Positions 58,132-64,000 of a stretch of 64,000 nt of DNA are shown one piece after another. A model generated the notes under the pieces. It saw only the letters and a list, made by a program, of their open reading frames with translations. It searched no databases and was not told the origin of the DNA. The translations under genes were made by a program, and so were the position numbers. Origin of the DNA: Candidatus Thorarchaeota archaeon (GTDB taxonomy: Archaea; Asgardarchaeota; Thorarchaeia; Thorarchaeales; Thorarchaeaceae); assembly GCA_004524445.1 (NCBI GenBank), contig SDNP01000005.1, positions 1-64,000 of the forward strand. The letters are read 5' to 3'. Each line of letters opens with the position of its first letter. Position 1 is the stretch's first letter.

Positions 58132-58210
58132 TGCTTGTCGGAATGAAGAACACGATAATCATTGATAGGGATGTGTACAACGGCTGTAACATTCACTCTT
58201 GGGAATCTTA

Positions 58211-58798
58211 TCATTGAGACTCCGATTCATCCTCAGTTTCATAACCCCAATCAACAATGACATCATCGCTACTTGGAATCAGAGACCCTCCAATACAATA
58301 GCCAGTGGCACCCATAAGAAGTCCAACAATATTTAGAACTCCGCCTATGACGATATAAAGCCGTGAATCGCTGATTTGTTTGAGGGACAATTCAACGTTA
58401 GATGCCCCCTCAATACGCTCTACTCGAATAGTATATGCTCCGGTCTGCAAATCCACAATCTCTCTATATTCATAAGTTAAAGGATCAACACCAGGCATTT
58501 TATCGGAGAGGGTCATTGTGATATTCACGAACTGGATTAACTGAGTATCATTATTCTTGATGCTAATGTCCACTATCACACTACCATTAGTTTCGGGCCG
58601 CACCGTGGTGGTTATCTCGAGTTGGGGGTAATATCCGCTTTCCTCCCAAATATCAAATGCACTGGTATCCCCTTGATTCGAAATATAACTAGTATAATGA
58701 TACGGAGCTAGAAGCACAATAGCTCCACCAAGAAGTAAAACGAAAGCGCCTCCAAAATAGAAAAGTGCCTTCTTATTGAACCATGAACCTCTCATCAT
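58211..58798 (-). CDS. Hypothetical membrane protein (N- and C-terminal TMs flanking an extracellular beta domain)
   Basis: Hydrophobic helices near both ends, N-x-S/T sequons between them, acidic tail. Confidence 0.7.
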   Translation of the reverse strand: MMRGSWFNKKALFYFGGAFVLLLGGAIVLLAPYHYTSYISNQGDTSAFDIWEESGYYPQLEITTTVRPETNGSVIVDISIKNNDTQLIQFVNITMTLSDKMPGVDPLTYEYREIVDLQTGAYTIRVERIEGASNVELSLKQISDSRLYIVIGGVLNIVGLLMGATGYCIGGSLIPSSDDVIVDWGYETEDESESQ

Positions 58799-59105
58799 AC
58801 TACACTAATTGTGGATTTCCATTTGATAATATAGATGTAACGAACTAAGCGTTCTACCAACTGAAGAGTGCCCTGCAAATTCATCCTTATGGGTAAGAGA
58901 ATCAACCCTTCAATGTTGATGACATCACTTACGAGTTTTGCTGATGTAGTGGAGGAAGAGTCCAATCTTTGTCTAGGTTGAATAAGATCGAGGTACTTCA
59001 GGTGTCATGTACTGAATTGAAATGCAAGTCTGAGTGGTTTATATTATCTATGCATGACAGACTATAGTAGCAATTTTGTCTGTGGAGCAAAGATGGGGGA
59101 TATGA

Positions 59106-60209
59106 ATGATTTCCAGACGGAAGAGACAGACTGGATTATCTCCTTTGATACCGAAGAATCATTTCGCTTCTATGTCATTTTTCCGAGAGAAACCACTAAT
59201 CGAGTGGGATTTTACTAGTGCTGTATTGTTTACATCATATGATATTCATAGAAGTTCAGATTTTTGGATTGATTCTATTCTCAGGAGAGGAATGACACTA
59301 AAAGAAGGCCTTGTTGAGTTGGGCTTCAAAAAATCAAATACTCTGGTGGCTGATACAGGAGTCTTCGAAATTGAAGCACGAAAATCGGGGATAGCTAGAA
59401 GACTTGGCATCACTCCAGATATAGAATTGTCAATCGAGCAAATATTCGAGGCGTATGAAATTTCTGGGGCGGATTATTTTGTATCACCAGATGAAATCAT
59501 ACTACCGACGGATGATATCATTACTACAAGAGTAAAGGTAGAGAAGATAAAGAGTAATATGCTCTCGTTCTTGAAGCAATTTCCCGCTAAGAAAGCAATT
59601 GGCGTTATTCAAGGCAATTCCAGATCAGTTATCTCTGAAATATATGACTTCTATAGGTCACATAACTTGAAGATTTTTGCCGCCGGAGGAATAATTCCGC
59701 TTTACAAATACGACAAAGAATTATTCAAAAGAACTCTGAGATACATTCGTCAGATTACTAACGGTTTTTGGTTGCATACCTTCGGGCTACCGATGATTAA
59801 GCTCCTTCCGTTTTACTTGGGGATAGTTGGAATGGATAGTGTCGATACTTCCATGCTGCTCTATCTCACAGCTAGAAGACGATATCTTCAAGGCATACGT
59901 GCTTTGCAAGTGCGCATAGCCAAATTTGATGAATGCAGTTGTAGAGGATGTAGATTACTCAAGACTAAACTGCACCCTCGTTCCATTGATTTCTTCACGG
60001 CGTTATATATACATAATCTAACTGAAGCTACTAAGATCAGCAAGAACCCCATGGCATTCATATCATCTTCTTCAGACAGGAAGGACTCAAAGGGCGCGAA
60101 AGAACATAAACCAACGGAACCGTTCGAGTCACATGATTCTGGCAAAATCTACAAAGACCCGAACGGGAGAACTGCATCTGACATCTTTGTGGAAACAAAA
60201 GGCGGCTGA
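59106..60209 (+). CDS. tRNA-guanine transglycosylase (TGT)-like protein
   Basis: LVADTGVF (compare DSGGF), GVIQG, WLHTFG, GMDSVDT, zinc motif CSCRGC...HN. Confidence 0.78.
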   Translation: MISRRKRQTGLSPLIPKNHFASMSFFREKPLIEWDFTSAVLFTSYDIHRSSDFWIDSILRRGMTLKEGLVELGFKKSNTLVADTGVFEIEARKSGIARRLGITPDIELSIEQIFEAYEISGADYFVSPDEIILPTDDIITTRVKVEKIKSNMLSFLKQFPAKKAIGVIQGNSRSVISEIYDFYRSHNLKIFAAGGIIPLYKYDKELFKRTLRYIRQITNGFWLHTFGLPMIKLLPFYLGIVGMDSVDTSMLLYLTARRRYLQGIRALQVRIAKFDECSCRGCRLLKTKLHPRSIDFFTALYIHNLTEATKISKNPMAFISSSSDRKDSKGAKEHKPTEPFESHDSGKIYKDPNGRTASDIFVETKGG

Positions 60210-60362
60210 GGGGAATTACTATTTGAGTGGAGGAATCCTCTAAGGTGAGGCTCTTCTGAATTTCTCCACAGCCTTCCTGATACCTATTGTGACTGTGACC
60301 GTCAATTTTAAGTAGTCAGGAACTTGCGGAAGTCATGAACTTGCAAAGGGAGCAATCCAGCT

Positions 60363-60758
60363 ATGGTATACTTCGAACTCATGCTAATTCCATTCGCGGT
60401 AATTGTCGTAATATTTGTCATCTTCTGGATCGTACAAGAGGGGACTAAGTGGCAAAAACACCCCTATCTCGGCGTATTTGCGAGATTTATTCAAGCATCG
60501 CCTGCTAGGGCATTCTTCACATTTCTCGTGCTAACCATAGCAATCGTACCTTCCACCCTAGGTTTGATGATGGGAGTATGGCTAGATATTTTCGCTGCAG
60601 GCAATACCCCCTCAAACACAACCCCCGTCGTAAATACTCTATTGCTGATGTTTCTGATGCTTGCTGGGATGATACCTGTTCTATGGGGTAGCTTCGGAAC
60701 GTGGAGACAATCAGTTAGAAGCGCAGCTGATGTCAGAGTTAGAACAACCCAAGAATAG
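60363..60758 (+). CDS. Hypothetical membrane protein (3 TM)
   Basis: Three hydrophobic helices and a GGGAG SD upstream. Confidence 0.7.
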   Translation: MVYFELMLIPFAVIVVIFVIFWIVQEGTKWQKHPYLGVFARFIQASPARAFFTFLVLTIAIVPSTLGLMMGVWLDIFAAGNTPSNTTPVVNTLLLMFLMLAGMIPVLWGSFGTWRQSVRSAADVRVRTTQE

Positions 60759-60827
60759 CATAACCTCACCAGTGGCGGGCATAAGGTTATCACCTTGCAT
60801 CCGCCCTCATAATTGGGTGAGTTGAAT

Positions 60828-61751
60828 ATGCAGGGAAAAGCCGTTCAGATAACACCAGAAATTTATACCATTATTGGAGGCAAATTCCCATTATGCAATT
60901 CGGTTCTTGTTATTTCTGACCAAGTGTCGATAATTGACCCTGGATGCCGCTTGGAAGATTTGAGGACATTCTTGCATACAAAGAATCTTGAGCAGAATGA
61001 TATCGATAATATTGTGCTATCCCACATTCATCCCGATCATATCACTCATGCAGCACGTTTGAAAAGAGTGAGTGACTGCAAGATATGGGCGAATGAAATC
61101 ACAGCTCCTCTATTTGATGATAAAGAGAAGATGAAGAACTTCTTGGGTTTTCACCCAGGACACAAAATCCGCCCATTTTGGGAAGCGATGGTAAACAATA
61201 AGATGTACGGGGCACTCGATGAATCAGAAGTAGACTACATCCTTGCTGATCGTGAAAGATTTTCGTTAGGCGGAATCGAAGGTACGACTTTGTTTACTCC
61301 GGGACATACGCCTGACCATATGTGCATTGAATTTGCTGAATCTAATTACATATTTGGAGCAGACATCGATTGCACTGACTTCGGACCGTACTATGGTCAT
61401 CCAAACTCTTCAATCGAGGATTTCAAGAGGTCAATCTCACTCGTCATGTCGAAAAGCTATGAGGGGCTTATCAGTGGGCATCTTCTTGAGCCCATTGTTA
61501 GAGATCATGTTTCTGCACTGAAGTCATATCGAATGCATTTTGATTTGAGGGAAGACTTCATCCTAATGCGAATAAGCAAAGGAGCTCGTTCTATAGATGA
61601 AATAATGGAGGAACCCATCATCTACAAGTCGCTATCAGACTTTGTACTCCTTCAGTTTGAGAGATGGATGGTTGAACACCACTTGAACTCGCTAATTCAG
61701 AAGGAATTGGTTCGAAATGATAATGGAATCTATAGGACAATCAGAGCATAA
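60828..61751 (+). CDS. Metallo-beta-lactamase-fold hydrolase
   Basis: IIDPG, SHIHPDH, TPGHTPDH, GADID, SGH, and a C-terminal winged-helix-like tail (HHLNSL). Confidence 0.88.
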   Translation: MQGKAVQITPEIYTIIGGKFPLCNSVLVISDQVSIIDPGCRLEDLRTFLHTKNLEQNDIDNIVLSHIHPDHITHAARLKRVSDCKIWANEITAPLFDDKEKMKNFLGFHPGHKIRPFWEAMVNNKMYGALDESEVDYILADRERFSLGGIEGTTLFTPGHTPDHMCIEFAESNYIFGADIDCTDFGPYYGHPNSSIEDFKRSISLVMSKSYEGLISGHLLEPIVRDHVSALKSYRMHFDLREDFILMRISKGARSIDEIMEEPIIYKSLSDFVLLQFERWMVEHHLNSLIQKELVRNDNGIYRTIRA

Positions 61752-61836
61752 TCAAAGTCCATTTCTACACACAGACAACATCTCAATCCTTATTAATTAA
61801 CTATATTAAATCAGAGCTGCCATTCACCATTGGGAA

Positions 61837-63957
61837 ATGAATAACATGGTTGAATCAAAAACTAGTAACAGACTAATCCATGAGAAGAGCCCGTACCTCT
61901 TGCAGCATGCCCATAACCCAGTAGATTGGTACCCATGGGGTAAAGAAGCATTTTTTAAAGCAAGAGAAGAAAACAAACCGATTTTCTTGTCTATTGGGTA
62001 CTCGACTTGCCATTGGTGTCATGTAATGGAAAAAGAGTCCTTTGAGGATGAACAAGTGGCTGATTTGATGAATCAAGCCTTTGTAAATATCAAGGTTGAC
62101 AGAGAGGAACGACCTGATATCGACAAAACGTATATGCAAGTAGCTCAGATGATTACTGGTCGTGGAGGATGGCCTCTCACAATTATTATGACTCCTGATA
62201 AGGAACCCTTCTTCGCTTCAACATATATCCCCAAGAAAGGTAGATTCAACCAGATAGGGATGCTGGATTTAATACCACAAATTCGGAAACTTTGGGAAGA
62301 TGACCAAGCAAGAATATCCGATGTCACAAATAAGATCAAGCAAGCACTGAATCAGAAACCATCAACCATGGAAGAAAGAAGCCTAGACCGCTCAACAATT
62401 GATGATGCATTTCACGTATATTCACAGCGATTCGATGATGAAAACGGCGGGTTCGGAAGGGCCCCAAAATTCCCATCCCCACATAATCTGATTTTCTTGC
62501 TGAGGTACTGGAGAAGAAGCAAAGACCAGTGGGCGCTACATATGGTGGAAAAGACATTGGACAAAATGAGACTTGGCGGAATTTTCGACCATATAGGGTA
62601 CGGTTTCCATAGATACTCAACTGATGCACAATGGCTACTCCCGCATTTCGAGAAAATGCTTTACGATCAGGCGATGCACATCATGGCATACACGGAGGCA
62701 TATCAAGCCACTAAGAATCAGAACTACGCCGAGACTGCACACGAAATCATAGAATATCTTCAGAGAGATATGATGGACGAAGGAGGAGCATTTTATTCAG
62801 CAGAAGACGCTGACAGCGAAGGAGAAGAGGGTAAGTTCTATATCTGGACTAAGCAAGAAATTGAGAATGCACTATCAGATGAAGAATCACTACTCTTTGC
62901 TAAGGCATACAATATCTCTAAAGACGGAAATTTCAGAGATGAAGCCACACACAAGAGGACAGTGGCTAACATCCCTCATTTGCTTCATGATGAAGAGAAA
63001 ATTGCAGAACAGCTTGGATTGGACTTTGACAGCTACGTTGCGCTGATGGACAGAATAAGAATCAAGCTCCTTGAAACGAGAGAGAAGCGGATACGACCAC
63101 ATTTGGATGATAAGATTCTGACTGATTGGAACGGACTTGTCATTGCGGCACTCGCGAAGGCAGGCCACGTTATTGGTGTTCCTCATTATGTGACTCAAGC
63201 GGAAAAGGCACTAGATTTCATACTATCGAGAATGAGAAGGGATGGAGAACAATTACTTCATAGATATCGGGATAATGAGGCTGATGTAGACGCTTTCTTA
63301 GATGACTATGCGTTCCTAATTTGGGGAATAATCGAGCTGTATGAAAGTACATTCAAGACGAAATACCTGCAACTTGCTTTAGAATTGGCGAAAGAAATGA
63401 TAGAGAAATTTCTAGATGAGGAGCAAGGAGCCTTCTTTTTTTCCAGCCATGATTCGGAGGAACTGCTAACGCGCAATAAAGACGGCTATGATGGAGCGAT
63501 TCCGTCGGGCAACTCTGCTGCGGTTTTAGATCTGGTAAGACTTTCACGATTGACAGGTGATACTAGTCTAGAAGATATTGCAGAACAAACCATCAGAAGC
63601 TTTGGAGTTAGCATCAGCAATAGCGGAGCAGGATTTTCTTGGATGCTGACCGCATTGGATTATTTGCTTGGCCCGTCATTTGAAATCGTAATCGCCGGCA
63701 GCAAATTTGATGAACAAACTGAGAAAATGATTGATGCCTTAAGAAACCACTATATCCCTACTAAAGTTGTCATATACAAGCCGGGGCGAGAAATAGATAA
63801 TGAAATTGCGGCCCTTGCTCCGTATACAAAATATTATGATGTGGTGGAGGGAAAGGCAACTGCCCATGTCTGTGTTGAACATAACTGCAAGCTTCCAACC
63901 AATGATGTATCCAAGATGATTGAGCTTCTTAACTCTGAAGAGACACCAACAAAATAG
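61837..63957 (+). CDS. YyaL/SSP411 family thioredoxin-domain protein
   Basis: [80 protein letters not shown]. Confidence 0.95.
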   Translation: MNNMVESKTSNRLIHEKSPYLLQHAHNPVDWYPWGKEAFFKAREENKPIFLSIGYSTCHWCHVMEKESFEDEQVADLMNQAFVNIKVDREERPDIDKTYMQVAQMITGRGGWPLTIIMTPDKEPFFASTYIPKKGRFNQIGMLDLIPQIRKLWEDDQARISDVTNKIKQALNQKPSTMEERSLDRSTIDDAFHVYSQRFDDENGGFGRAPKFPSPHNLIFLLRYWRRSKDQWALHMVEKTLDKMRLGGIFDHIGYGFHRYSTDAQWLLPHFEKMLYDQAMHIMAYTEAYQATKNQNYAETAHEIIEYLQRDMMDEGGAFYSAEDADSEGEEGKFYIWTKQEIENALSDEESLLFAKAYNISKDGNFRDEATHKRTVANIPHLLHDEEKIAEQLGLDFDSYVALMDRIRIKLLETREKRIRPHLDDKILTDWNGLVIAALAKAGHVIGVPHYVTQAEKALDFILSRMRRDGEQLLHRYRDNEADVDAFLDDYAFLIWGIIELYESTFKTKYLQLALELAKEMIEKFLDEEQGAFFFSSHDSEELLTRNKDGYDGAIPSGNSAAVLDLVRLSRLTGDTSLEDIAEQTIRSFGVSISNSGAGFSWMLTALDYLLGPSFEIVIAGSKFDEQTEKMIDALRNHYIPTKVVIYKPGREIDNEIAALAPYTKYYDVVEGKATAHVCVEHNCKLPTNDVSKMIELLNSEETPTK

Positions 63958-64000
63958 TTGAAAAGAACGCGCCATCCCATACTCTTATTTTCGGCCGGTT

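Noticed and set aside
58799-59105. 300-nt gap with a start-less minus-strand open frame and a 30-codon plus-strand ORF
   Set aside because: No start/SD support or recognisable motif. More likely a divergent promoter region.

Overview
A gene-dense archaeal chromosomal segment. Archaeal markers include TATA-binding protein, archaeal-type AsnRS, type 2 IPP isomerase, PurP paralogues and ADP-forming acetyl-CoA synthetase. A tubulin-superfamily gene, a WD40/helical scaffold protein and Ig-repeat surface proteins make an Asgard archaeon, possibly Thorarchaeia-like, the best guess. This is inference; no marker-gene search was run. Contents in order: a four-gene MacB/FtsX-type ABC exporter, MscS, asnS, a surface glycoprotein, tbp, assorted hydrolases and a sirtuin. 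Next comes a bacterial-looking end-repair block (NAD-dependent LigA, PRC-barrel protein, stand-alone LigD 3'-phosphoesterase, NYN/PIN nuclease), then carbamate kinase and RidA. At 30.9-38.2 kb is a candidate undescribed cytoskeletal/scaffold locus: a WD40 + MIT-like + coiled-coil gene is divergent from an operon encoding an 895-aa helical-repeat rod protein, a divergent tubulin/FtsZ-superfamily GTPase with a tubulin-like C-terminal helix motif, and a 350-aa all-helical protein. After that come acdA, fni, a 12-kb de novo purine operon with PurC-PurS and PurE-PurM fusions, an HDAC-family deacetylase, a degenerate amidohydrolase, a TGT-like protein and a YyaL/SSP411 protein. No rRNA, tRNA, CRISPR array or mobile element was recognised by eye.
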